Source: Octopus sinensis
Taxonomy: Eukaryota
Direction of reading: 5' to 3'
NCBI RefSeq assembly: GCF_006345805.1
Contig: NC_043011.1
Span: forward strand, 17,558,464-17,622,463
DNA length: 64,000 bases
The notes under the pieces were generated by a model that saw only the letters and a list, made by a program, of their open reading frames with translations, ran no database searches and was not told the DNA's origin. How positions within the stretch are numbered: the stretch's first letter is position 1; the number at the start of each line of letters is the position of its first letter. Positions 11,160-24,758 of the stretch are shown here, piece by piece. A program made the translations under genes and the position numbers.

Positions 11160-12040
11160 TAAGAAAGAAAAAGCTGTCGCACAAGAGAACACATTTTGCT
11201 CATGCGTGACCAACATGTCAGCGATTGTTCAAAGTAAATGAAGAGATAAGTCAGAGGATTGTTTATATGGATGAAAGCTACATTCACAAGAACCGTCGGC
11301 ACGAGGATTCATTGTACGAGCCAAATGATGAGCAAGATCTTACAACTATTGGATGCCACGACGAACAATGATATTGTTTCATTGCTGCAACTATAGATGC
11401 TGATCATAACATTCCAGAAGATCAAGTAAGAACAACAGTATGGATACCCTTGATATCTTTGAAGGGAGAAAGTAGCAAATAAAGGTTTATCATGAATTTT
11501 CTGATCACAAAATATTTTGTCAAATGGATGAGGCAGTTATTGCGGTCTTTGAAGGGGAGAAATATATCCGTTGCTCTTATTGTGATGAACAATGCCAAGT
11601 ACTATAAAAGGCTACCCGAAAATGCGCCGAGAAAGAACGACAAGGAAGAAATACTCACAAGAAGCGTATACAAAATACGGCACGGGCTTTGATGGCAACG
11701 ACACGAAGACATGTCATGGGATAAACAGCAGCTGTATATCCAAGATAAGGTAATTCCTACTATCGCAAGAATGGTTCAAGGTGGAGGACATGAAGTAATA
11801 TTTTCTCTACCTCATTACTCGGTTTTGCAACCAAGTGAGATTGACTGGGTTGTTCTAAAAAAGAGAGGTTGGTAGGCAGTACACAACCGACGCTATATTC
11901 TAAGATGTACTTCAACGTTTGAAAGTGCTTTTAATCATATGAAAGCAAATACTGTACAAGACTGCATCGATAAATGAAATAGGAAACTGGGAAGACTATG
12001 GGAACACATCAAGTCTATGGAAGATGCTGATGATTGAGCA
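11160..12040 (+). pseudogene. Decayed IS630-Tc1-mariner transposase with about DD82E spacing (Sailor-like)
   Basis: RIVYMDESYIHK (D at 11270), LIVM[D>N]NAKY (11588), GHEVIFSLPHYSVLQPSE (E at 11837), VGRQYT; 82 codons lie between the second D position and E. Confidence 0.75.
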
Positions 12041-12779
12041 TACAGCTCAATCAAGCTCAGCTATATCTCACAGCATTCGTTATTCTTGAACATTTTTGTA
12101 CAAGTCGTCCAAAGAAAATCTAATCCCTTTTTGATGAAAAGGAATTTTAGTGTATTACTCAACCATGGATAATTTAAGATGGCAATAGCAACAATAAGAA
12201 TGAGAAAACGATTTATAAAATAGCCCTTCCTCTCTTATTTCTTCGTGAATATCAGCAATCTGAGATGATTTCTTTCACGTATGCGTTGAGTCAATTGTAC
12301 AATGCAACTGGCGCCGATACATTTGTTGACAACAACAATTTGGACGTTGAGGTTTGTCTAATAAATGATCTGACGGAGATGAGCATGGGACAAAGAAATG
12401 AAGGAGCAGAAATACAAATCGGTGTTAAATACATATACGTTTGAACCAAATGCAAAGGAAACAGCCAGTATTGCCGCTAAACTGTTGAAAGTTTTTGTTA
12501 TCAATATCATCGGAATAAAGATAGTTGAATTGATGGATGAGAAGCTTCCACATCATTGCAACTATTGCAAACTGGTTTTACTATCGTCTGTGTACGTTGG
12601 TGGTTAGAGAGGAAATAAAGACAAATTTCAAATATATCAAAAGTGATAAAAATATTCTTTCTTATTCATTTTATTTAGAAATGTTAATTCAAATTTCAAC
12701 TTTTTAAATTTTCGAGAAAACATTAAAAACATCTAATATTGCAACTTTCTTTGTGTGGCCCATTACAAGATGCTGATTA

Positions 12780-13170
12780 AAATTTTGGTAATGATAGTGT
12801 TCTGAATTTTAATGATCAAACATTGATTTATCGAAATATTTTGACAGTTTTGCCAAACACTTCACAATCAATAAGAGATATTTAAGTGAGGTGTCAATTA
12901 TTTCAAATTGTGAAAGAAATAAAAGAAATACAGATTGTATTTTAACAGTATTTTTTGATACATCTGATGCTTTCCCACTTATTTCAGGCATTGGCCACAA
13001 ATAATCTTCGTGAATTGCATATTTTATATGGAAGAAAAACTTTCTTGACATAAATCAAGTCTGAAAAATTGCACAAAAAATCACAAATAAATAATGAAAT
13101 AATAAATAAATATTTTTTTCTTTTACTTTTACCGTTTGTAATGAATGGTTGTATTAAAGCCAATTGGAAA
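12780..13170 (-). pseudogene. Possible highly decayed hAT-like transposase fragment
   Basis: Weak resemblance only (LIQPFIT.., ..LLLIVKCLAKLS); no catalytic motif seen. Confidence 0.2.
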
Positions 13171-13651
13171 TTCACATAGTTTATTTAAGTCTTTAAAAGA
13201 AGATCAGTATGTGTTTTTTGTTAGTTCAGAGTTTGTTTTTGTAATAAGTCGAAAATATAAATGAAATAATCATTGTCAAAAAAATTAATGTGAGTTTTCA
13301 TAGAACCAATGGAGATGTAGGTTTCCTCGTGTTATTAAAATTCTTCAGCCGCCAGCTCTGCTTAAACAGACTTAAAAGACTTTTGGACAGGTATTAAAAA
13401 ACAGTTATCAGAACTTTTCGGTTATTTAACACAGTCGATGTGTATATGATAGGTGCATCACAATTTTACAGTGGAAGCATTCTGAAGGATATCCTCTGTC
13501 TTATAGGCAGTAAAGTTTAACATTACAGTTTAGGTTGGGTACTTTTGATCCAAGATATTGATAGTTCATATTATTTCATAGCAAATATCATCATGAGCTG
13601 CATGGTTATGAATACTATTGGCCATAAAATTGCTTTCAATATATTAATCAG

Positions 13652-13862
13652 CAAAAGGCGGGGAGCTGGCAGAATCGTTAGCACGCCGGACAAAATGCTT
13701 AGCGGCATTTTGCTCATTTTAAGTTCTGAGTTCAAATTCTGTCGAGGTCAAATTAGCCATTCCTTCAGGGCCGATAGAATAAGTGTCAGTAAAGCAATAG
13801 GATTGATGTATTCGACTTACTCTCTACCTCGAAATTGCTGGCCTTGTGCCAAAATTTAAAAC
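13652..13862 (+). mobile_element. Family A SINE with a 15-bp target site duplication
   Basis: caatatattaatcag at 13637-13651 and 13863-13877 flanks the SINE. Confidence 0.85.
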
Positions 13863-14387
13863 CAATATATTAATCAGAAATGAAACATCTTTAATTAACA
13901 TTGTAATTAATGCATTCTTGGTTATTGTTGCTGAACCCCAGGCTTCAAACTTCTCTCATTGAAAGCGTTCCGGAAGCGATCATTCTGCTATTTGAAGGGT
14001 CATCGTACATCAAGGTCTTTAACATTCGAATACATTCTTCCATTTTTGAAGAGGGAAAAATGCGTAATTTGAGACATATTTGCTGTAGATTATTAGGAAT
14101 AGAAACCAATGAACTGGCTCCTTTATTGTCATCGTAGGTTGCATTATTCTTTGTAACCATTTAGCTCTAGGTCATTTCCGATTGAGTACACCTGTAAACG
14201 AAGATATTCTAAGGCCGTCCCATATTTTATTTCAGAGTGTGCATCTGGGATTTGATAACTTTGGCATTTTGCAATATCTACTAATACTGGTTCACAAAAG
14301 TATAGTTGCTCTATGGCAAGAAAATGGAAGGAAAGAATGAATTCCATATCACCTTAGCTAAAGTCAGCTAAAAAAAAAATTAGTTAT

Positions 14388-14805
14388 AGGCGTAGTAGTG
14401 CCTGTGTGGTAAGTAGCTTGCTTACGAACCACATGGTTTCGGGTTCAGTCCCACTTCGTGACACCTTGGGCAAGTGTCTTCTACTATAGCCTCGGGCCGA
14501 CCAAAGCCTTGTGAGTGGATTTGGTAGACGGAATCTGAAAGAAGTCCGTCGTATATATGTATATATATATGTGTATGTGTATGTGTATATGTTTGTGTCT
14601 CTGTGTTTGCCCCCCCCCCCCACATCGCTTGACAACCGATGCTGGTTTGTATACGTCCCCGTAACATAGCGGTCGGCAAAAGAGACCGATAGAATAAGTA
14701 CTAGGCTTACAAAGAATCAGTCCTGGGGACGATTTGCTCGACTAAAAGGTGGTGCACCAGCATGGCCACAGTCAAATGACTGAAACAAGTAAAAGAGTAA
14801 AGAGT
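14388..14805 (+). mobile_element. tRNA-derived SINE, family C (gtgtggtaag..gggttcagtccc..ccttgggcaagtgtc..gactgaaacaagtaaaaga)
   Basis: tRNA-like head, internal (TA/TG)n, tail shared with copies at 41.5, 46.9 and 48.3 kb. Confidence 0.85.
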
Positions 14806-15209
14806 AAGAGTAATCGTTTCTGAACATTCAAGATTGTGTAGTACAGTCGTCTACCACAATACTTAAAGTGGGATCACTGAATCCGCATGATATAGTATCC
14901 AAAGTACACGATGGATGATATTATTTTGAAAATAAATGAGCGAAGAGAATGGTCTGTGGCCTTTGATTTTATGTTTTCTCGACTAAGTGTGACCTGGGCT
15001 GAATAACAATAAAAATAACTACAGCAGAAAGAAGCTGCAGCAGCAACAGCAGTTACGCAATATTGCTCTCCAGATATCAGCTGCATCTTTCAAGTATTTT
15101 TTTAGACTCTTCCAGTTCTTGTGAAACTTGCAGTATATATAGTGCAATTCGATTCTGAAGCATTACTGATTACATGCGTACGTACGCATACCCCTACTTA
15201 CACACACAG

Positions 15210-15249
<40 letters not shown>

Positions 15250-15284
15250 ACACACACTCACACCAATATATACTCTTTCATTGG

Positions 15285-15697
15285 GCAGTGAGCTAGCAGA
15301 ATCGTTAGCATGCCGGGCTAAATACTTAGCGGTATTTCGTCTGCCGTTACGTTCTGAGTTCAAATTCCGCCGAGGTCGACTTGTCTTTCATCCTTTCGGG
15401 GTTGATAAATTAAGTACCAGTTACACACTGGGGTCGATATAATCGACTTAATCCGTTTGTTTGTCTTTGTTTGTCTCCTCTGTGTTTAGCCCCTTGTGGG
15501 TAGTAAAGAAATAGGTATTTCGTCTGCCGTTACGTTCAGATTTGAAATTCCGCCAAGGTCGACTTTGCCTTTCATCCTTTCGGGGTCGATAAATTAAGCA
15601 CCAGTTACACACTGGGGTCGATCTAATCGACTTAATCCCTTTGACTGTCGTTATTTGTACCCTCTATGTTTAGCCCCTTGTGGGCAATAAAGAAAGA
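15285..15697 (+). mobile_element. Family A SINE head-to-tail dimer
   Basis: Second unit restarts at ggtatttcgtctgcc directly after aaagaaata. Confidence 0.85.
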
Positions 15698-16613
15698 AAT
15701 ATATAGTCTTTCCCGAATAAAATGTCACGTAAATTTGCAAAATTAGATGTTTGTATGCCGTGGCTGACATTCGATTTAACTGGAAAGAAAGTAACCCGAA
15801 AAATTACACACCTACACACACACACACACACACACACACTCAAGGATACACACACTCACACACACGCACACATGCATAAACCTCACTATATTAATTGATA
15901 AGCTGTGTCATTTTATTGTACGGTCAAAACTGCCATAGAATGAAAAGAGAAAAGAAATATATGGTGCGAAACATATTGTTATGCATTGGGAAATGAATCA
16001 AACTTTATTGGCGAAGCATTGCTTGAAACAAATCTAATTGTGTGGTTTATAGCTAAAAAATTGTGAATAATGTAGTAGATAACTAAGCTGCTCTGACTGT
16101 TCAGCAAATTACAGACAGTTTATATCGTTGGTGTGGTGAAAACTTAATAAATAATTATCATTAAGTATACTGGGGTGGAGCTGATTCCCGGTAAAATGTG
16201 GCGTAATTTGTTTTGATGTTTCTATGGCTATCATTACGATCATCATCCGCATGCTCTTATAATGTCAAACTGACCCTGCTAAGAAGGGCTGGCTATATCT
16301 GATTAAAATATCTTTCTATGAATCTTAAACTTACGTCATTTCAATTGTAAACTGAAATATTTTTCCAGCTCTGATATACTTCATTTACCCCCAATTTTAG
16401 AGTTTTAGGGTAATTCTCTTGCGTTCGATATCAAATCTCAATGACAGTCGTATAACACATTCTAAGAGACCAAATAAATGTTTGCCTTTTACTCCATATC
16501 TCTTGTAGACACGCTCAGATAACAAATCAATGCAGCCTATTTAACGTAGGAAGCTTGACTAACAAATTTGCAAATAATTTCATAGTTTTGGTTCAATATT
16601 CTATTTATTGAAG

Positions 16614-17345
16614 GCGGCGAGCTGGCAGAAACGTTAGCACGCCGGGCGAAATGCGTAGCCGTATTTCGTCTGCCGTTATGTTCTGAGTTCAAATTCCGCC
16701 TAGGTCGACTTTGCCTTTCATCCTTTCGGGGTCGATGAATTAAGTACCAGTTACACACTGGGGTCGATTTAATCGACTTAATTCGTTTGTTCTCTCTGAG
16801 TGTAGCTCCTTGTGGGTAATAAAGAAGTAAGAAACGTTAGCACGCCGGGCGTAATGATTAGCAGTATTTCGTTTGCCGTTACGTTGTGAGTTCAAATGAC
16901 TTAATCCATTTCTCTGTCCTTGTTTGTCCCCTCTGTATGTAGCCCCTTGTGGGTAGTAAAGAAATAGGTATTTTGTATGCCGCTACGTTCTGAGTTCAAA
17001 TTCCGCCGAGGTCGACTTTGCCTTTCATCCTTTCGGGGTTGATTAAATAAGTACCAGTCACGCACGGTGTCGATATAATCGACTTATTCCGTTTGTCTGT
17101 CCTTGTTTGTCCTTTCTATGTTTAGACCTTTGTGGGCAATAAAGAAATAAGAAGCGTTTGCACGACGAGCGTAATGGTTAGCGGTATTTTGACTGTCTTT
17201 ACGTTCTGAGTTCAAATTCCACCGAGGTCGACTTTACCTATCATCTTTTCGTGGTCGATAAATTAAGTACCAGTGGCGTACTGGGTTAGATCTAATCGAC
17301 AATACCCCTGCCCCGAAATTTCGGGCCTTGTGCTTAGAATAGAAA
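16614..17345 (+). mobile_element. Family A SINE head-to-tail tetramer
   Basis: Four consecutive units joined at aataaagaaat/aagaagt junctions. Confidence 0.85.
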
Positions 17346-18469
17346 ATAATATTCTATGTATTGTAACAAATAGAATCAATTGCTTAACATGTCTGAATCT
17401 GAGCAGCAACCGCTCAGTGGAAATTAGAGTGAACTGTAACTTCCATGGCTTTTCCCCTGGAATGAAAATATTACATTAAATACGTTTTTGTTTTATATCT
17501 TATTGAAATGTTATCAAATTATTTTCATAAAGGTTCAAAAATTTGCAAAGTTTTACTAAATATTCTCATTATTAAGTTGAAAATTATAGATGTTGCGTCA
17601 CTGAGTCTATTTCGAGCAGACTGAATTTGAAAGGGCAAACCGAACCTTGCGGTAACAGATTACCTCCGAAATATTTAGCAGCAGAATTGACGATGAGAAA
17701 TGTTGAACGCAGCATATAAAATGAAAACAAAGTGCACAAGTCATTTATTCTGGCACACTTTAGATTCTGACATATTGAAAGCTTTCAAATGATAATATGA
17801 AAAAAAGAAAAGCATTTCATTGCATATTTCTTTGTGAATTTCCAGTGCCTTTTGAAATTTAAGATATAATTTGTTTTCTTGTCTGAAACCAGTTTCCATT
17901 TCACTGAATTTCTAAAACTAAACAAAGAAAAGACAGATTCTTTTAAAGTATTCCCTTTGATTCTTTTATAACTATTTCATTTCATTGTTAGTTTCTCTGC
18001 CTAATTTCCTGTCTGACATACATATTGCATTGTGAACAATTCCTGTATTCTCTTTCTTTTGACTTAGAAAACATGCACACATTTCAGCCAGAAAAAAGCA
18101 TTATACAATTCTCTTTAATTTGTTACATAATTTTTTTTGTGTAATTCTCGAGTGAGACTTGCTCTGATTAATTATCTCCAAGTAACACATATATCAAAGA
18201 CTTGCATTAATATTGCAAATAAATGGTAACTAGTTACTAAATATTAGATAAGTAGAACTACAGGTTGGTAGGTATTAGTTTATGTAGATTTCACTTTACG
18301 CTATTTAGATTTATAGTAAAATAGAAATTCTGATTCTCTTTCAAATGCTTTTAGGTCTACATGCAGCATTAGTTTAACATACGAATGTTCTGTATTTAAT
18401 TCTATTTTAGCCCTCAAAGCAGAATACAATAAAATATCTCCATTTCCTCAATATATCTGTTTCTTTATT

Positions 18470-18560
18470 AACCACAAGGGAATAAACATAGAGGAGACAA
18501 ACAAGAACAGACAAACGGATTAAGTCGATTATATCGACCCCAGTGCGTAACTGGTACTGT
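18470..18560 (-). mobile_element. Family A SINE 3' fragment
   Basis: Reverse complement of the family A tail. Confidence 0.75.
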
Positions 18561-19482
18561 AAAGGATTGACTACGACCGTAATTGCTCAAACATCATCCA
18601 AGCTCTCAGCCACTTAGAAACCAGTGAGGGCATTTACTAGACGCTGCTGCATTATATTCTCTTCACTTGAACGGTTTTCACTCGCCTGTCCACGAGCCTG
18701 TCCAGGTTAATCTATTTAGTTTATTAAAAATCAGAGTAGTTTCGATAACGTCTGAATAATATTAGTAGTGTCCCTAAACAGTGTTAAAGTGTTGCAACAT
18801 TATTGGCTGTCTTTAAATATTCTTATTAAATTTGAGTACTTTCATGCAGGTTTTCTTTGACTGACCTAACTATTCTTTTAAAAGAAAATGTTTGGTTTTA
18901 TCTCTTAAAGTATGATTGACAACAACAATAGTTATAACAATTATGCTTTTTATTAGCCGCAAAGGGATGAAAATATAAAACAAATGTTAAACAGGAGATT
19001 TTTGAAAACATGTAATGCGAAACAGAGGTGATGAGCGGGGTAAGACGCTTTAAAATATATAAGGGGACTAGGTAGTGATTTATAAAAAGACAGATATTTA
19101 CATGTAATGAAAATAAGGCATAAAAATCTCATTTAAACAGAAGATAAATCACGAAACATATTTAGAGTTCTCGTCAATGCACGAGTAGAGAACCTCCGGC
19201 TAGGTTAGATTATAGCACTCCATATCTCTCAACGACTGTCATTTCTAGTATTGAATTCTCGAGAATTCAACCATACCGGTTGATATTTTCGTCATGTAAG
19301 CAACCTACGTTCGCAGAAAACTTCTTTTAAAATAGAAGAAATATCTATTGCTTACTGGTATCCTATGTGTAACTAATTGGTATATTTCTAACTCTACTAA
19401 TACACTATTACAGTGTCAATAATGTGTTACTCTTACCAAGAACTATGACATTCGTTTCATCTACTTACTAATCATTATTGTA

Positions 19483-19730
19483 GAGGCGCAATGGGCTAGC
19501 GATTAGGAAAGCGGACTCGCGGTCATAGGATCGCGGTTTCAATTACCAGACAGGGTGTTGTGAATGTTTATTGAGCGAAAGCACCTAACGTTCCACGAGG
19601 CACCAGCAGAGAGTGGTGGCGAACCCTGCTGTCTTCTTTCACCACAACTTCCGCTTACTCTTTCTAAGTGTTTCCGTTGTACCTGTATTTCAAAGGGCCA
19701 GCCTTGTCACACTGTGTCACGCTATGTCCT
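19483..19730 (+). mobile_element. tRNA-derived SINE, family B (gaggcgcaatggcc..gcggactcgcggtc..)
   Basis: tRNA(Arg)-like head with A/B boxes; homologous to 28.3, 34.8, 37.3 and 44.6 kb copies. Confidence 0.8.
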
Positions 19731-21105
19731 TCTCTCTTGAGCGATCGTTTTAATCTTTGTCTCTTTTGCTCTGGCTGTTACATACTCCTCTGCAATATAT
19801 GATAATGTGCGGTGGTTTTTACTAGCTTTTGCAACTTCATCCACCATTTCCGGTGCTGTGACTGATGATGCTCGAAGATTGAAGCTTCCAGGTCTAATTT
19901 GTAATTAGTTGCACTCAGTTGATTCTTTCACCTTTGCTTCTTTAGTCTTTGAAGCTCATCTAAGCAAAAGGCTCTGAAATGTCTTTTTAGTTACATTTAT
20001 AACAACCGAGCCTATTGCTCTGCATCGTCAGTTACATGCCCATTGCCTCTGTCCTCTTAATTTAATATACTTTTGGTATGGACTTGTTTTCAAGAATCAT
20101 TCGGACTTGCAAATCCATCCTCACCCCAAAAGAATGATATGCTGCCCTTAGTTACTTCTGCACTGACGACCGTGGTACAAGCTGGCAATTCCATATAAAT
20201 CCAAATGTACAGCACAAACATATTTGTGTTTCTCTGCTCCAGATATTCAAGTGCAAGTTTACGGCAGGTTAAATCTCACTGCTTCAACATACAATTGCGG
20301 TTGATAGACATTTCCGCACTATTTCAACATCCAACTTCTACTTTTCAAGCGAACGAAGTTCACGCGATATTACCTGTAAGCTTTTGTCCTCTCTTTTTAA
20401 GGGTAACTGCCCTTATCTGGATTTCTTCAAACAATTACAGCTAAACAAACTCATACTTCGTATTTTCTTGTATTTATTCCTCGGAAATAGACTGTCTAGC
20501 TTCAAATGGTGTTCCCAAATGATTTTCTACGAAGAAAACCATATTCCACTGTATAAATCTGGGTTGTAATGCTGGCAAAACTGATCTCGTCTGAAATAAT
20601 CCTAATGTTTTGATTTGACAGAGTAAACTATTTGGGCAAATTAAGTTGTTGACAACAGCGGCGCTGGCGTTGTTTACACAAGCCTGACTCTCAGTGAAAT
20701 TGCCATTAATATTACATTTTTTATTACGTGCGTCTATGTTATTTCTATTTTGTCCTTCGTTGCGTCTTTTGAATATGTGACAGTGTTTTTTATGCAGTTG
20801 ATATATTTCAATGGGCGTGGTTTGGAAGTTTTATAACCATTTTTGTATGTAAACAGCGTGAACTAAATTTTGCTTTAAAACATCAACAAACAATTTTCTT
20901 TTCTATTAATTTTGTGTAGGTACATAACAAGATTCCCGATGTTACCTTTATGAGAGTAAATAAAAAAAAAAAAGACTTCATGTTGTAAGTAGCCTTTCTT
21001 CAAAAAGCAATTTAAAAACAACGTCTGGTTGACTGCGAATAATAATAATAACAACAACAACAACAGCAACAACAACAACAACAATAATAATAATAATAAT
21101 AATAA

Positions 21106-21297
21106 AACACCAGGTCTTACAAACACAAATAACATAAAGAAAATTGCACTAACAGGCACTGCACACATCCTACGCAGAACACTTTCAATACAGTAACCAT
21201 CAGAGCATCACAACAATCACAGCACATACCCAAGGCACACAAAGCTGCGCTCGGTAGTGAGGTGAAAACACGCTATAAAAATAAAACCACTGAATGA
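21106..21297 (+). mobile_element. Extreme 3' fragment of an R4/Dong subfamily inserted in (AAT)n
   Basis: TPGLTNTNNIKKIALTGTAHILRRTLSIQ* plus 3' UTR; (AAT)n on both sides. Confidence 0.8.
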
Positions 21298-21659
21298 TAA
21301 TAATAATAACTATAGTTTCAAATTCTGACACAAAGCCATCATTTGTCATGAAGCTCCAGGCAGAGAGTGAATATTTCACCTTTGATGCCTAAGATCGAGA
21401 CTTATTGACCCGGAACGACTAAGTCAGTGTGAGGAAATATGGAAAAGATCCAAAGCACTGATTCAGTCGTGAGAATGACGGGATTTATACAGTGGACCAC
21501 TTAATTTCTGGACGTAAAGTTTTAGCACCATTAGAGAATAAATCAAGACGTGAGAAAGGTGGGCAATATGCACACTGGTAAATATGTCGGCGCTATAAAA
21601 ATCAAAACTGTTGGCAAGTGGTATAAGCTTCGCGTTGAGCTTGCAATAAAGAGAGAAAA

Positions 21660-22160
21660 TTTAATGATTCTTTGTGACCTTCTTATACATGCAGACAGAA
21701 CCATCAAAGTTAATAAACTGGATATTGTTGTTAAAGACTATAATAGTAAAACCTGTTTATTCGTTGACATGAAGATCCCTTGTGATCAAAATATTGCAGC
21801 AAAAGAATTTGACAAGCACAGAAAATATAAATATTTGCTCATTGAATTCGAAAAAATGTTGTATCGCAAGGCGGTTTCAATACCAATGATTGCAAGAGCA
21901 CTAGGGATGATCGAAAAACGGAACTGAAAATTATTTGAGAATGTTCCTTGATTCACCAAGATTATTTTTGCTGAGAGAGCGATAACCATGTAGAATTCAT
22001 TTTTTTTTTTTTTACATAACTTTATTTGATTTTGTAAGTGAAATATATGGTGTGTATATTTCAATGACTTGCCAATGTATATAATGAGTTTCTTTGCTCT
22101 AGTTGTCGGAAGACCCTCGGTAAGAAATGGAAAGAAAATTTCAGGAAAACGAAAAACTCA
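21660..22160 (+). mobile_element. R4/Dong RLE fragment plus 3' UTR and (TAA)n tail
   Basis: NKLDIVVKD..FVDMKIPCDQNI..KYKYL..IARALG; 3' UTR (atgagtttctttgctctag..ctcggtaagaaatggaa) homologous to 9330-9390. Confidence 0.85.
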
Positions 22161-24289
22161 TAATAATAATAATAATAATGGTGATGATGATGATGATGAT
22201 GATGATCGCAGCTTCTTTATTAACCACTAGAGCTAATAGAAAAAAAAGACTAAGTTTAAAATGACAAGCTTAAAAATGTGTATGTTTTTGCGTCTAAACA
22301 AAATGTAAAATAAAACGAATTCAGGATATTGACAATTAAACAATACAAAAGATTTGCTCGTCGAGCAGCTTGTCATCGTTTATTGTATCGATTCTGTGTC
22401 TGTTATCGGCCTTTCGTAACACTCAGCACAAGCTGAAACTCAATGTCTGCCAAAAACAAGACCAAACTTTGGAATTTTTTTACACCGTTCAGCTTCTGTC
22501 ACACAGGCCCAACGAACTGACAACGCAACCTTTGAGCTTCACGTCGAAAGAATGGATGGGACGTCATCTTGTTGCAGGACTCTTCTAAGTTTTTAACTAG
22601 GTAATCCTATAATGTATCTTTTTTTCTGTAGCTAGTGTTTCACTAAACCGTACTGATTCTGCATCAATAATCCTATTCGGGGCGAGACACCAAATGTTGT
22701 TGACGATTATCCTCCGTCAATACCCGCTTAATTAATTTGCTTGTTCGGTTTCTGACAGCTGTCATTTGCTTGTTAGTTTTTTTCTAGCATTTTTAAAGCA
22801 ATAAAAGAAAGATCTTGTAGTTATAGATCAAATAATTTGAAACCTGAATTCCTCATTGTCAGTTCAATTATATCTTCATCGAAATGGAAATTTTATGTCG
22901 ATAAAGAATTCATAACGACAAATTACATACTAATCAAACATTCATTAGTTGATGAGATCATTTTAAGGTTACCATTATTTTAAAGAGTTCTTCTCATAGT
23001 CTAACGTTATTCCTATGCGCATGTTTCTTTATTTCCATCTCACATAGAACTCTTGTATTAAAATTTATACAGATATATTAATGCGATTACAACTTCTTAA
23101 AAACAATATCTCACACTAGAATCCTCTTACCTATTTTCTTGTTTTGTATTTCCTTTTTACCTTGTCCGTTCAATGAACTGCTGTGATACTGGGTTGCGGA
23201 CCTCAAGGGAAACTGCATAATTATTTCAGTCTTGTTCCTACTTTATTGATTTTTATTTATCGAAGCACTACTTATCATAACATAAAGGGACACAACCTGA
23301 AAAACACTAGATCATATACACACATACAGGTACAGGCATATAGGTATAATTCATATACACATATCTGTTCATTATATCCTATATTTGAAATAGAATGAAA
23401 TAGATGTGTGGTCAAAAAACGTGAAAGTACATTCCAGTGATTGAGACAAGTATAATAAACGGATTTCTTATAATTCAACTACACACAGAGTATGTTACAT
23501 GTTTGGGTACTTAAATTTTGAAAACAATTCTTTCGATGGGCTTGCACACTGTTTCGATCTACCGATGTTCACTAAAACTAAAGCTGTGGTTAAAGACAAG
23601 TTCTTTTACTGACTGTTGAGATTGCAATGTAGGATTTTAATCTTTCTTTTCAATTCAAGAAGATATTTCTGCTCCTAAGAATTACTATCCCTCTAGAAAT
23701 CTCAAGTGATAACATCAGAGCAGTGCTCTTATATCTGGGATGGTTTTTCCGAATAAAAATACATCTTAAACGGCATAAAGGCTCTCTCAGTAGCGCTTCA
23801 TCTTCTTGCTCATAGACAGAATGTCATCTCTCTGCTTTTCTACCGCTACTGAAATGATATGTTTTCTTTGGTGCTAGCAGAGTCCATTATATGATTACTT
23901 TGACTTCCATACCAGTTGCTCTTTCGTTTCATCCTCGTGGTAAACTTAGTCCATCCCTTGTTGTAACACCGTCACTTATCCAGTGGCTGGCGAGAGATTT
24001 TAGTGGTATTTACTCTAATGGAAGCATTAGGATAACCTACTTCGATGTGTTGATGCCCTGCATACTAGTGCAGCAATACAAGCATTGAGTTTATCTCTCT
24101 CCACAAGGCAAGGAATGAATTCTACTAAAGTTAATCAGTGCACAATGGCCAGGTAAATGTGTCAAAGTAGTAACATGCAACTCTTAATTGTGTATCCATT
24201 ATTAATGGATATTGGATCTATAAAATGATAACATTTAGAAGGGAACACTAGTGTTTCTGCTATTCTGCAGCTCTGATAGAAAGAACATT

Positions 24290-24630
24290 GAAGAATTTTG
24301 ATATTGCTGTTGTTTGGATCTAATTTAGATAAGATAAATCAGGTCTTTGATAAAGTGTTTCATCTATTAATAATCTAACGCATCCTCCACTTCATTACCC
24401 AAAATGTCTTTCCATTTATAAAATAGAGTGTGATTTGGGAGAATTTCGCTTCTAATTTGAGGTGATGAAACGGCAATATAGAGGCCTTCGCATTGCCTTG
24501 TTTATGTAATTAGTTGGAGTAGATGGTATGGGTCCATGACTTCATAAATCTTGGAAACCCAACAAGGATATCATAAACAATTGCTTTCTATTGCATTGGC
24601 CCCTCAACTCTTCATCGATTTGTAGTGGTG
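24290..24630 (+). pseudogene. Very decayed CR1/L2-type RT fragment
   Basis: ..VFDKVFH.. (AFDKVPH-like) and ..ALAPQLFI.. (VLGPLLFI-like) in the expected order. Confidence 0.35.
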
Positions 24631-24716
24631 TTGCTTTGTCGATTCAAATCTAACAGAATTTATCATAATCGAGCTCTGACCACAACAATAAAAGGAACAT
24701 AAACAGAATAAGAAAG

Positions 24717-24758
<42 letters not shown>

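Noticed and set aside
13945-14347. Two adjacent minus-strand ORFs that might be a transposase or host exons
   Set aside because: No recognisable motif or convincing splice pattern.
23660-24110. Possible RTE-type LINE C-terminal relic
   Set aside because: Only vague resemblance; no motif strong enough to call.
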